A program made the position numbers and the translations under genes. From the NCBI GenBank assembly GCA_004431415.1, contig QPMI01000015.1:186001-250000 (forward strand): a stretch of DNA of 64,000 nucleotides, in the 5' to 3' direction. Of the stretch, positions 45,131 through 56,919 are shown in pieces. The notes beneath the pieces are model-generated. The model saw nothing but the letters and a program-made list of their open reading frames with translations, was not told the DNA's origin and made no database searches. The number at the start of each line of letters is the position of its first letter. Positions within the stretch are counted from its first letter, which is position 1. Source of the DNA: Cyanophora paradoxa CCMP329 (lineage: Eukaryota > Plantae > Glaucophyta).

Positions 45131-48100
45131 ATGGTCAGCTTCCAGGAGGGCGCCCTCAAGGCGTTCCTTCTCAACGCGCTCGCGCCGATGTGCGTCTCGC
45201 GCACCGCCGCCGCCCTTCCCCCGCTGACCGAAACGCGGCAGCGCGGACCCGGATGCCGATCCAGCGCAACTCACGGACTACATCGTCGAGCTTCTTAAGA
45301 ACAACCCGGAGCGCGAACTACGCGCGCTCTGCGAACGAGAGCTGAAGGAGTTCATCACGAGTGGTGCGCAGCTTCGCGTCGCCCGGCCTTTGCCTGCGCG
45401 CCTCGACCCGTTTGTCTTCCGCAGGCGAGACCGAGCCTTTCGTTGAACTCCTTTTCTCGAAGCTCGCCGATGGTTCTTACCTGGAGCACGCACCTGCCGA
45501 ACCAGTATCCGGAGATGCGCACGCCGGCGGCGCCGTGTCGTCTACATCCGCCCCATCAACCTCGCACACGGGCGCGCTTCAGCCGACGCGCAGCTCCAGC
45601 GGCGGAGGCCGCAACCGTGATGACGATGAAGAGTCGGACGAGGACGACGACCGGCGCCATTCACGTCGCTACGATCGCTCCGAATCGCGAGAAGAAGACA
45701 AGCAGAGTTCCAACCAGCAGAACGGACAACAGCAGCCGCAGGGCGACGATAGGGTGCGCACGTCTGAGCGTGGTCGTTCACAGCCGCTGACTCGCGCCGC
45801 AGGGCCACAGGAAGCGACCAGCGGGGGGGCCGCCAGAGGACGCGGATCGCCGGCGTGGACCGCGTTCGGATTGGCGCGGCGGTCGCGACGGGCCTCGGCA
45901 CGGAGACCGGCAGCGGCCTTTGCTGGGGGACGGGCCCGGGATGCGCGGGCCCGGCTTCCCAATGGGAGCTGGCATGCCTTATCCGGGCGGGCCCATGCGC
46001 CCCGGCTTCGGCCCTTCGATGGCCGGCGGCCCCGCCGCGGGCTTTGTGCCGATGATGGGCCCGATGGGGCCCGCAGGCCCCGGCGGTTCTTTTCCTCGGT
46101 ACCCTTTCGCTTTATCGTCCTATGGTTTGTTCTCCCTAATGCGCTCGCGCGCAGGCCGCCTTTTATGGGACCCGGTGGACCCGGCGGACGCGAGCAGTCG
46201 TCGTCGGGCGCATCCTCGCAGCGCTGCCGCGACTACGACGGTGCTTCTCTTATCATCGCATCACACCGAGCGCCGTAACGCGAGCGGCAGAGCGGGGCGT
46301 GTGCCGCGCCGGCGACCGCTGCCCCTACCAGCACGGCGAGGAGGCCATCCGCGTACCCATGGACGGCCTCGCCTTCGTCCCCCCGGTCCCGTTCCGCGGC
46401 CCCGTACCCGGGCCTCGTGACGACCGGTTCCGGCGGGATGGGCCGCCGCCGATGGGCGGGCCTCACGGCCGCCCTCCCCCCGACCAGCCTCCTCGCGGCA
46501 TGTCCCCCGCCGGTCCAAACGGTTCGCCGCTTTCTTCTCCGCGGCGCTTTGTCCCGCCGACCCCTGCGCAGTACCCCCGCCCGGGATGGACGCGCCGGGC
46601 CCGGGCGAGCCGCCTCGGGAGCCGCCGGCGGGGCCGCCGGGGGAAGGGGGCGAGGAGTACGATCCGGAGCGCCCGGCGGTGGGGATGCCGCCGCGGGAGC
46701 GTGGGGAGGGCCACCCCGAGCGCGAGCGCGAGCGCGACGGGCCCCGCCGCGACGCGCCCCGGCGCTTCGAGGACTGGGAGCGGGAGCGGGACGCGCGGGA
46801 GCTGGAGCGGGAGGCGCGGGAGCGGGAGCGGGCGGAGGCCGCCGCGCGGGCCGCGGCGGCCGCGGCGGCGGGCGCGGCGGCGGCCCGGGCGACCGGGGGG
46901 GCGACCGGGGCGACCGGGGCCCCCGGGGCGAGGGGGAGGGCCAGCGGCCGGACCGGAGGACGCTGGAGGTCGCAAAGATCCCTCGGAACCTGATGGACCG
47001 GCGCGCCATCGGCGATCACTTCTCCCGCTTTGGCGCCGTGCTTGACGTCACGGTGCGCCGGACCCCCGACCCAGCCCCCTCCGCCCGCGCAGCCTTCCGG
47101 CTCGGTCTCACGCCGCTCGCCCCGCCCCGCCCCCGCCCCGCAGATGATTGCGGAGCGCGAGGGCGAAGCTGGACGGGCGCTCGTAACGTTCAACACCGGC
47201 GCTGAGGTGGGCGGTGCCCCGGCCTTCCGATCCTTTCGCCCCCAGCTGAGCCGGCGGCCCTGCAGGCGCGCGCGGCGATCCGTTCGCCCGAGGCCGTGTG
47301 CGGGAACCGCTTCATCTTCGTCCTCTGGCCCATCGAACGCGTGCAGGTCCGTCCGCCCTAACCGCCCCCTCCTCCCTCGCCCGCCGGCCTCCATCGTTCC
47401 TGAACTAACTCCGCCGCGAACAGGAGGAGCAGGGGCGCAAGTTCCCCCCACTCCCCCCCGATGTCGCCCGCGCCCGCCAGTCTCCGGTGCGTCTCCGCCT
47501 CCGTCCGCTCGTGCCCCGCGGTCCCCCGACTGGTTTCCCGCAGAGGGGCCCCGAGCCGCCGCGTGGCGGGCCGCCGCCGTACGGGCCGCCCCCTCCGCGC
47601 GGCCCGCCCCACGACGGCCCCCCGCCGCACGCCCGCGGCCCTCCGCCCCCTACGGCCCTCCCCACGGACCCCGCACGGCCCTCCCCACGGCCCGCCGATG
47701 CGGGGCCCGCCAGGACGGCCCGGCTGGGGCCCTCACGGGGGTCCCCCGATGGGCCCCGACCCTTACATGCACCACGGCGGCCCCGGGCCGCACCGTGGCG
47801 GCCCGCCGGGCCCCATGGGCCCCGAGCGGCACGGCGAGGAGCCGAGGCGCTTCGTGCGGACGTCCGGCCCGCCCCAGCCCGGGGCGCCGCAGCACGTGCG
47901 GCGCGTGGTGGCGACGTCGACCCGGCCACCGCCCCCGAAGGAGGAGGGCGAGCCGAGCGACGCCCCCGCCGCGGGCGGGACGCCCGGCAAGCCGCCCGGG
48001 CCCGCCGTCGTCATCTCCGGGCCCGTCCCGAAGCTCGAGCGCCGCTCCGACGCGTCCGCCCCGCCCGCCGTGCGCCCCCGGATCTGCCATGGCCACCGCC

Positions 48101-48732
48101 TCGACTCGGCTCGGCTCGCCTCACGCCGCGCAGGCGCCTGCGGGCCCGAACAAGGAGGACGTCGCCTCGCTCCGCCAGCAGATCAAGGTCCGCCTTCCGT
48201 CCCGCCTAACCACCGGCCCGCCCGGCCCGCCTCGCTCGAGCCCGCCCCGCAGGCGCGCCTGGACATGCTGGAGAAGATCAAGAACACGACGATGACCCCC
48301 AAGGACCGCGCCGCCATGCTGGCTCAGGCTCGCCCGGCCCCGAACCGCCCCTGCGGCCCGCGTGCTCCTTGCTCCATCCTGACCGTCTGACGCGGCGCCG
48401 GCGCAGATCACTGCCGGCCTCGACAAGCTGCAGGCGCGCCTCACAGCAAGCCTCGAGGGAACCTCGGCGGTATGCCCCCGCCCCCGCCACGCCCATCTCC
48501 TCCCCGTGCCTCGTGACCAGGCCTTGCTCCCTTCGCCACAGGTCAAGCCTCCTGCCGCCGCCGCCGCCGTCGCCGCCACTGCGGCCGCGGCCACCCCCTC
48601 TGCTAATTCTGAAGAGAGCCCGGTCACTAACCCCGTAAGCTCGCCTGCTTGCCTCTTGCTTTTTGCCGTCGCCCGTCGGGGGCCCACGTTAAAATCCTTG
48701 CTGATGCCCCGCTTTTGTAGCCCCCCCTCTAG
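45131..48732 (+). CDS. RBM26/RBM27-like RNA-binding protein (PWI-like, CCCH zinc finger, RRM)
   Basis: DADPAQLTDYIVELLK...ELKEFI..ETEPFVELLF; RCRDYD-ERGVCRAGDRCPYQHG; TLEVAKIP...HFSRFG...ALVTF...AIRSPEAVCGNRFIFVLW. Confidence 0.88.
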
Positions 48733-48868
48733 AGTATCGTCGATGCCGTGCTCATGTGGCGGCTACGTATGCAAGATGGAAAAATGCAACATCAACGAAC
48801 AGAGTAATCGGAAGTGCAATCCGATGATCGAAAGCGCTAGCTCGTTTTGGAAAGTGGGGATATGTGAT

Positions 48869-48948
48869 CGCGTGCACGATTGGCTTCGTAAACGCGTGCA
48901 CGATTGGCTTCGTAAACGCGCGTGCACGATACCGATTGGCTTCGTAAA
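48869..48948. repeat. Three tandem copies of a 24-bp unit containing an inverted CCAAT box
   Basis: cgcgtgcacgattggcttcgtaaa x2, plus a third copy with small insertions. Confidence 0.9.
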
Positions 48949-49532
48949 CGGCGCCGGCATTGCAAATTGAGTGCGCGCATGCGCAGCGCCCGGAGCCCGG
49001 CCGCGATATCGATTCCGGCGCGCAATATGGCCCGCCGCGCCCGGCCGCCGGCTCGCCCGAGCTGCGCGCGCGCGTATTGTGGGGGTGCTAACTGGGTACC
49101 CGTCAGACTTGAAATTCGCCCGCTGCATGCGATTGCGATGCAGCGGGTACGGATGCGTTGCATCTCTCAAGAATTTGCGGCTCGCGTGCCGAATTCGAAG
49201 TGCTACAGCTGCAGCTCTGGCGGCGGTGCTGGGATCAGACAGAGGAGTCCGTCGCTATTCCGCGCACGCGGTCGCCGGCGGCAGCAGTCACTCGCTCGTC
49301 AATGCCTTCCAGGATGACGGCGCCTCGCTCCTAAGCCCTCGCGGCTCAAGCTCCCAGACGTGCAGCGATCGATGGCACGTCACCGTTTGCGCAGTCTGAA
49401 AGGAGCTCGAGCACGTTAGCTAGCCACAGCTGGGCGTACACGTCAGCCGGTCACTGAACAGGCGATCGCGTTGCGCCCTCCGCGGCGCTGCAAGTGCCAG
49501 AGCCATCGCGCTTTCAGAATCGGGACGTCCGC

Positions 49533-52041
49533 ATGTTGTCTCGCCTTCTCCAGGGCGCCAAGCCGCTGCCGCCGGACCCGAACGCTGAAGCCGGTGCGTC
49601 GAATCCGATCCGCATGTTGCCACGCCGCACAGCGCACTGACGCGGCCCGCGCGCTTGCGAAGGCGCGCCGGCGGCGGAGCTGTCCCCTCTCGGCGGCATC
49701 GGGGCGGCCGGGAAGAAGAAGCAGAAAGGGCGCTATGGCGACATGCAGGACACCCCCCTCTCGACGGCCTGGTCACCCCCGCCCTCGCCCTCGCCCCCGC
49801 CCTCCTTCCTGCCACTCTCCCTCCCGACGCACCCGGGCTCCTTGATCCACCGGGCTGCGGCCGCTCCCCGCCGGGGTCACAGCACCCACTTACTCCACCT
49901 TCACGGCATACCGGAGAGCCCTCCCGGCCGCGCCCCCGAGCAGCCGCGCCCGCGGCCGCCGCGCACCCCATCCCCCGATTCCGCTCGGGGCGCGGGAGCT
50001 CCGGCGGGGGAGCCCCCGCAGGCTCCGCAGCCAGCGCTCTCAGGATCCCTGTCGGCGGGTACGGGCTCCTCCACGCGGCTGACAGGATCCGACATACCCC
50101 TTGGATCCCTGCGGCTCGACCCGCGGGGCTCGAATTCGAACACGTCCGGGGATCGCCTCGCGGCGGAGGGCGACATCCACGCGTCGTCTTCGCCGCCCCT
50201 CGCCGCCGCCGCGCCCCCGACCGCCTCCTTCCCGTGCCCCTGCTGCGACCAAGTAGTCCCCGCGGATCCACTCCCCTCCGAGGCGCGCCCCCGTCCCCCC
50301 AACAGAAAGTTGATTCGTACATCTGATCCGCATACCGGTACCGTGCCGCACGCGCAGGCCGAGCTGTGGAACACGGTGCTGCAGGAGGCTGCGCGGGAGG
50401 CGCGGCGCGAGCCGACGCTCGCGCCCACCCTGTGGTCCGCTGTCCTTTGCTTCCAGTCCCTCTGCGAGGCCCTCTCCGCCCTCCTCGCCGGGAAGGTGAA
50501 CCCCGAGTGCCTCGCGGGAGAGCCTTCAATCGCGGGCCGGGCTCGTCTGACGCTCGCTCGCGCGCGCGCGCGGGGCAGCTGGCGGGCGCCACGCTCCGCG
50601 AGTCGCAGCTGCTGCGGATTGTGTCGGGCGTCCTCGAGCGGGACCCGTATGTCCGGCACGCTGCCCGCGCCGACCTTGTCGTGCGTTTCTTCCCTCGAAC
50701 CGTTTACAGCTTTACTCAAGAGAAAATTTACGTCCTTAAATTGAAAGGACCCCCTCGTAAAAGGTTTAGGAAGATACATTTTATAGAATGTTTTTAGCTA
50801 TAGAAGCATACCCGACCTCATCGTGTGGGTCACCTTCATTCCTTTCACGGATCTGGATTTCCTTTTCGTTCCCCTCCCTTGATCATGAGCTTCTTAACCG
50901 GCCGCCCAGGCCGTGAGGAGGCGCGACCCGGCATGCCGCGGCTACTGGCAGCCGCTGCTGCAGTACACGGGCTACCAGGGACTGCAGGCCCACCGGGTAC
51001 GCTAATTGTGCCGGCGGCTGCAGATGGGATTCGAATTGACGTTATAACGCAAATCACGATCAGGTCGCGCACTCGCTGTGGGTGGAGGGCCGCCCCGCCC
51101 TCGCCCGCACCCTGCAGAGCCTCGCGGCCGACGTTTTCCACATCGACATCCACCCTGGCGCCCGCCTCGGCTCCGGCCTCCTCGTGCGCCCGGCTGTGCA
51201 TGAGACGAGATAGATGATCAGATGCTTCAAAGGAGAGAAGTTTCCGAGTCGTGATCAGTGACTTTGTCGTCATCAGATCGACCACGGGACGGGGGTGGTC
51301 ATTGGGGAAACGGCCGTCGTGGGCGACCGTGTCTCCAGTGCGCCCCCAAGGCCCGCCCAGGCCTGCGGCCCCGCCTTGTTATTTCTAATCACAACGCAGT
51401 TTTGCACCGCGTGTACCTGGGCGGCAACGGGCGGGAGGCGGGTGACAGACACCCTAAGGTCGGGCACGGCGCCCTCCTCGGTACCCACCGCCCTCGCGGC
51501 ACGGATTCTTGCTTGGCCCAGGCTGATGGTTCACACGGTAGGGGCGGGGGCGGTCGTGCTCGGGTCCGTGCGGGTCGGAGAGGGTTCCCGCGTTGCTGCC
51601 GGCTCCGTCGTCCTGTCCCGCGTACCCCCCCGCTCCAGCGCCGTCGGGTGAAGCCGTACCCCTCTCCTTCCTCCCCTTCCCCCCCCTGAGTGTGCCCAGA
51701 GTGCCTGCGCGTGTGGTGCAAGTGCAGACGCCACCGGCCGCGTCGCCTTCAGCAGCAACACCGCCGGCTAGCCCACTCGTGGCCGTGGCGCCGGCACCCT
51801 CCCTCCCCGCCGAAGCCATGGACCACTCTCAGGGCCTTGATGTCGAATTCGCCCCCCGGTCCGCCATTCTGAAGGTTTAATTTCATGCCCTTCGTTTGTT
51901 CCTAGGCTTATATTGAACCGTGTGCAGGAGCCTCGAGCTTGGAGCTCAAGCACGCGGCGGGGCAACTTCTGGATCCCCAACGCCCCGAGGCCCAAACCTA
52001 TGCAGTGCCGGCCTCGCCGCAGTCGTGTTCGACCCATCCTA
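49533..52041 (+). CDS. cysE: Serine O-acetyltransferase with long N-terminal extension
   Basis: EPTLAPTLWSAVL, RDPAC, GYQGLQAHR-VAHSLW, DIHPGARLG, IDHGTGVVIGETAVVG, LGGNG...DRHPK, VPARVV. The 3' end is at 51880 or, if spliced, 52041. Confidence 0.92.
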
Positions 52042-52339
52042 ATGAGCGTGAGCAATATACTTCTTTATTACAAGGGGGGTTTCCAGCATGTTGCCTCCAC
52101 TGCAGCTGATTGCGCATGCAACGTCATCTTGCAATGCCATGCACATGATGGACACAGCTGCAGCAAAGTACTGGTTTCTAATTGGGCGTGGTCGACGTCC
52201 GTGGCACTGAGCTGGCTGCCCAGGCGGCTATTCAAGTTTCTATTCATGTGTGGCATTGACAAGCTTAAGATGCCATGTGGCCATAGTGTGCCACGGTGCT
52301 TTCTTGCTTTCCCGTGCACTCCGCCGGGTCGGATTTAGC

Positions 52340-53200
52340 CTAGTACATCTAGATCATCGGATCAAGATCTAGAATTAGATCTGACTTCCATTCCCGGGCC
52401 GCCGGGCCCCTTCAAATTCGAGCCTCGGACTCCCGGGTCCGTGAGGCTGGCCCATGCAGTCACAGTGGCACGCCGTGACACGGTGCATCCCACACTTGCC
52501 AGCATCCCACACTTGTATACCCAGTACATTGCCCAGGCATTTAATGATTGCCAAGTTGCGATTTAGCCTAGTAGAGTAGTCCAAATGCAAAGGCCTGCAG
52601 CTGGCTGGCCTCCGATCCACTGGGCCAGATGTCGACGGATCCAAAGTTAACTTAGTAATTCACTGAGCATCATGGTATCCCGTGTGGCGGTCCCTCGCTG
52701 TCGACGTCACGGCCTGAAGTGCAGGTGTCCGACGGTCTCATCATGGAAGTTACGGCCGGGCGGAACGATCATCTACTGCACGACTCGGCGATTATCTTGT
52801 GATGATCTAGCCTAGTAGGCTTCAAGTCTTTGCAATTGAATTCGAATTCGGCTTCAAGTTCAAAACGGTTTGTAGTAATTTGATCATGATTATAGGCCCC
52901 GTTATATACCGTAGTACGCGCCTGGCTCCAACGTCTATATTTAATTTACGTTCATGATCAACGGTTCGAATTCTGAAGTTCAACGTTAACGTTAACATGT
53001 ACAGTTCGGTCATGATCAAATTTGATCGAATTCGATCATATGCATGAAGCTTAAGTTCACGGAACGCTGCAGTGCTGCAGCTATAGTTAGCGCTGCAGCA
53101 CTAGCTATATATATAGTGGCGAATCGATCGATATCATAGTACATATCGTGAGTGAGGAGCTCGAGCATGCACATGTTCTCCAGCTCAGCTTGAGGTCAGG
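52340..53200. other. Second palindrome-dense intergenic tract
   Basis: gaattcgaattc 52838, aacgttaacgtt 52982, gttaacgttaac 52985, gatcaaatttgatc 53014, tgatcgaattcgatca 53023. Confidence 0.75.
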
Positions 53201-53348
53201 GGGGTACAGAGCTCGGCAACGGCCGGAACGAGCCCCGGCAAAAGCGCGATCCTGCAGCCCGTATCAAGGATCCGGTAGTGTCGCAAGCTAGCGTTCTAGC
53301 TGAGAAAGGCCCCGAAAGCTAGCCAGCTGCTGCGTACGAGCGGCTTCG

Positions 53349-56123
53349 ATGTGGAGCCGGGCGAGCGCTTGCGGCTCGACGCACCGTCCGCCGCCCTCCA
53401 GGCGGTCGACCGCTATAGCGAATGCGGAGGAAGTGCTGGGCCTCGTGTCGCTCGTCAACGCTGAGAAGGTCGGAGTCGATGAGCGCCGTCGCGCCCGCGT
53501 CGATGTTGCACATTGCGCATGCCCACTAGCTAACGGCACCTTCATACACACAGGACAAGAGCGCGTTGCTCTCCAAAGAAACGAGTGAGCTGGGCGAGAA
53601 GCTGGATCTCGTTAACGTTAACACCGTCCTGCTTAGGTTCGCGCTTTCCTCGCCGAAGGGCGGGCGTCTTATTCACCAGTGTGCAGGGACAAAGTCAAAG
53701 ATCTAGAGTCCCGTTTGCAGGAGAAGGAAAGGGTCATGCATGCGAAGGAGAAGGACGCGATCCTGCGGGACCACGAGCTGGAGAAGCGCCGGGGGCAGGT
53801 GCGGCGGATGCGCGAGGACATGCGCATCCTCGCAGAGCGGGAGGTCCACCTGCGTACGGAGCTGGACGACAGCAGACGGAAGCTGGACGATGCACGCCAG
53901 GCTGCGCTGCGGATCCAGCAGGAGCGGGAGCAGTCGCATATCGCGATGCAAAAGCAGCTGGAGGAGAAACTGGCGGCCGCATTACACCACCACCAACCCA
54001 ACCACCAGCACGAGGAGCTGCGGGCGAGGCTGGAGGTTTGCTGCCGATCTGATTCTGATTGACGCCCCTTGATTCTTTGCTGCAGACCGTGCAGATGGAG
54101 AAGCTTCAAGCTGTTGCAGAGGTCTGCGTGCCCTGTTTGATCTAATGGCTTCTTCGAACAGCACACTGCAGGTGGAGAAGCTGCGCTCGCTGCTTGAGAT
54201 GAAGGAGGGAACGCTCCTCGAGAAAACGAGAGAGTTCAAGGATGAGATCGAGACTCTTAAAAGCAATCTGAAGCACAGCACGGAGAAGCTGCAAGCCGTC
54301 GAAGCTACACTGCTCCAGACAAAGAATACAGCAGCCGAGAAGGAGATGCACCTCACCATGGAATCCAGGTCCTGAGAGCCGAGATTGGATATGTGTTTTA
54401 GAGTTGCTGACGTTGTCTCCAGACTTCGATCCGAGGAGATGAAGCGCATGCAACATGAGATCTCCGAGCTGAAGGACGTCATCAAGGAGGAGAGAATTAA
54501 GAACGACCAGCTCATTGACGAGAAGAGGGAGCTCGAGGCCGCTGAGCGCCAGGTGCGAAGTTATGCATATGAAGCATGATGATTGAAGTCTGACTTGGCC
54601 GTGCGCAGTCTGCAGAGCGGGCGCGTGCACTTGTCGTTGAGCTCGATAAAGCTCGACAGGAACTCAACATGCGAGAAGAAAGACTGACTCAGAAGCTCGA
54701 GAGCGAGTACCAGGCACGCCCACTTCCCGACCCTGTTTCCCGGAGTCCGAGTCTCAATGAGCTCACACCAACCACACAGACACGGCTTAGCAATGCGGAA
54801 CAAATGGTCCGGGATGCCAGAGATGCCCTCTCGGTGCGTCAGTACTCTCTCTTGGCGATAACCATGCTGTCTGAACCCTCTAATCGTCTCCAGGCTCGGA
54901 ATCATCAAGCAGAGACGCTGCAGGCTCAGCTCTCCGCGCAACTCCAGGAAGTTGCAATGTGCTTGTTTCGCCTTTATTCTTTCTGCAAATGTGCCTCCCT
55001 GAGGCTCGAAAACAGCCAAAAAGCAAGCCGCGATGAGCTGGAAAGGCGCCTCCAGGTTTGCTTTGAGCTGGTTTGCGTTGTGCTGCATAGCTCACTCTGC
55101 CACAGTACACGCTGCAGGACATGGTCGGCCGTGAAGAAGCTGCGATCCGTGAGCGTGAGAGGAACCAAACACTGGAAGCAGCCTTGCGGCAGGAGGAGGC
55201 AGCCAAGAGCGAGCTGGCAGGGGAGGTCGAGCGACAGAATTCCCAGGGCAGGGCTATGCAAGAAGAGCTCATTAAGTTGCGTGAGAAGCTGATGAGTGAG
55301 AGCAACTCCCGCAAGCAACTGGAAAGTCAGCTTGGCAATATGGAAGCCGAGTTTGGTGCCTGTTTTTGCAGTGTCCAATGCTGCGTGTGTGCTGATCTCA
55401 ATCACAGCATCACTCCGGAAGAAGGCATCTACACTCGCGATGTCAGTGGAGAATGAGACGTCCAACCGACAGAGCTTGCAAGTGCGTTTTGCTTTCGATT
55501 TCATTCTGTTCCGTCGCGCCTGATGTTGGCTTGTCTTTCTACCCACAGGAGCAGCTGAATAATCTCAGCCAGCAATACGAGGAGCTGCGCAACCGTTTCA
55601 GGACCCAGGCCCGGACCCTGCAAGAGGAGGAGCGGAGAAGGCGGGAGGCAGAAGAGAGGCGGACGAATTTGGATCAAGAGGCGGGGGAGCTCCGTCGTGA
55701 AGTTGCTCGTCTGCGGCGCCTGCAGCAGGACCAGGAGAACAAGCTTCTTTCCCTCAGTGAGCAAGTACGGGCTGCACGGCTCCGGGAGCAGTCTTCTGCC
55801 GTTGTTGTGGGCCGAGGTGCTGATTTTAAGCTCCGTTTTCATGACCTAGCTGGCGCTCACATGCTACTCTTTTTTTGGCAGTTGCCTCGCCGTTGCCCTC
55901 AGCAGCAATCATCCCTCCGAGCCCGCCATTGAGCCCAGCTCCAGTCAATGCTTCTAGGTATGGGGGACGCACCCCCTCTCCAGCCCCCGGGAGGAGGGTG
56001 TCAGGGGGCTGGACTCAAGCAGCCCCCGAGACTTCCCAAGTCTATCGGGAGCCTCCTTCAAGCCGGCTGGACTCCCGGCTGATGGAGCTGGAGAACACGT
56101 TGAATGCTGCACTGCTTCGTTAG
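53349..56123 (+). CDS. Long coiled-coil protein of unknown family
   Basis: Many E/K/R/Q/L-rich heptad exons; ends SRLMELENTLNAALLR*. The start is uncertain. Confidence 0.7.
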
Positions 56124-56306
56124 ACTGCATTGCTTGAATGCTGCACTCCAATATAAGACGTTCCTCCAAGCATGGAATGTGCCAGCAGTGCAGGCTGAAA
56201 GCATAGAAGACTCCAGCGAAATGCCGCCACACCGCTGACATCTTTTGCGAGGAAAAGCAAGTGTTATGTTAATGAACAAAAAGGCACACACGTAAAGCTA
56301 CAGCAT

Positions 56307-56740
56307 CTACAAGATGTCCCTAAGCGGCTCCGGCTCTGGCTTGGGCATCCCCTGGCCCTTGATGACGAGGTTCTTGACCTGGCTGGCGACCTCGCTCGCG
56401 CTCAGGCCATCGACGTTCACAGTGTGCTCGGCGGCGAAGTCTGAGAGGGTCCGCGCCATCAGCGGCGCCATGGGCTGCGCGTAAGCGGCGCGCACCATAT
56501 CGTGCGGTGATCTTCGCCTCCACGTTTTCGCCCTCACGAACCATGATCGGGAACTTCGGGTTGAGGTGCTTTAGCTCCGCATACTCCCGTACGAGGAAGT
56601 CGCTGCGGCGGGGTCGGCGCTCGGCGTCGGCGGACGGTCGCAGCCGCGGCTCACCGGACTCCTGCGCTCTTTGGAGACTGGTGGCACAGGTACACCCGCA
56701 GCTCGCACATAGAGCGCGAGAGCGCCGCCTTCCAGCTCAT
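56307..56740 (-). CDS. NDUFA2: Mitochondrial complex I B8 subunit
   Basis: MSWKAALSRSMCELRVYLCHQSPKSAGVR-DFLVREYAELKHLNPKFPIMVRE...ARY-DFAAEHTVNVDGL. Confidence 0.9.
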
Positions 56741-56919
56741 TGCGCCGCCACCCTTTTTTTACCCCCGGGTACACGCTTACGTCGGTGTTTTGATGGCCGG
56801 CTTGCAATCGATCGATATATATTTGATTTCGCCATGTAAATAGCGACTAAGTATATTGATATCGATTGCTCTGATTCATCCAGCGGCTGGCCCCCAAAGC
56901 TAAGTATACCGGCTGGCCT

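Noticed and set aside
48869-48948. 24-bp repeats as a CRISPR array
   Set aside because: No spacers, no cas genes, eukaryotic context.
50700-50730. gtttacagcttt resembling the 5' part of vertebrate U7 snRNA
   Set aside because: No U7-type Sm site or 3' hairpin follows; a short chance match.
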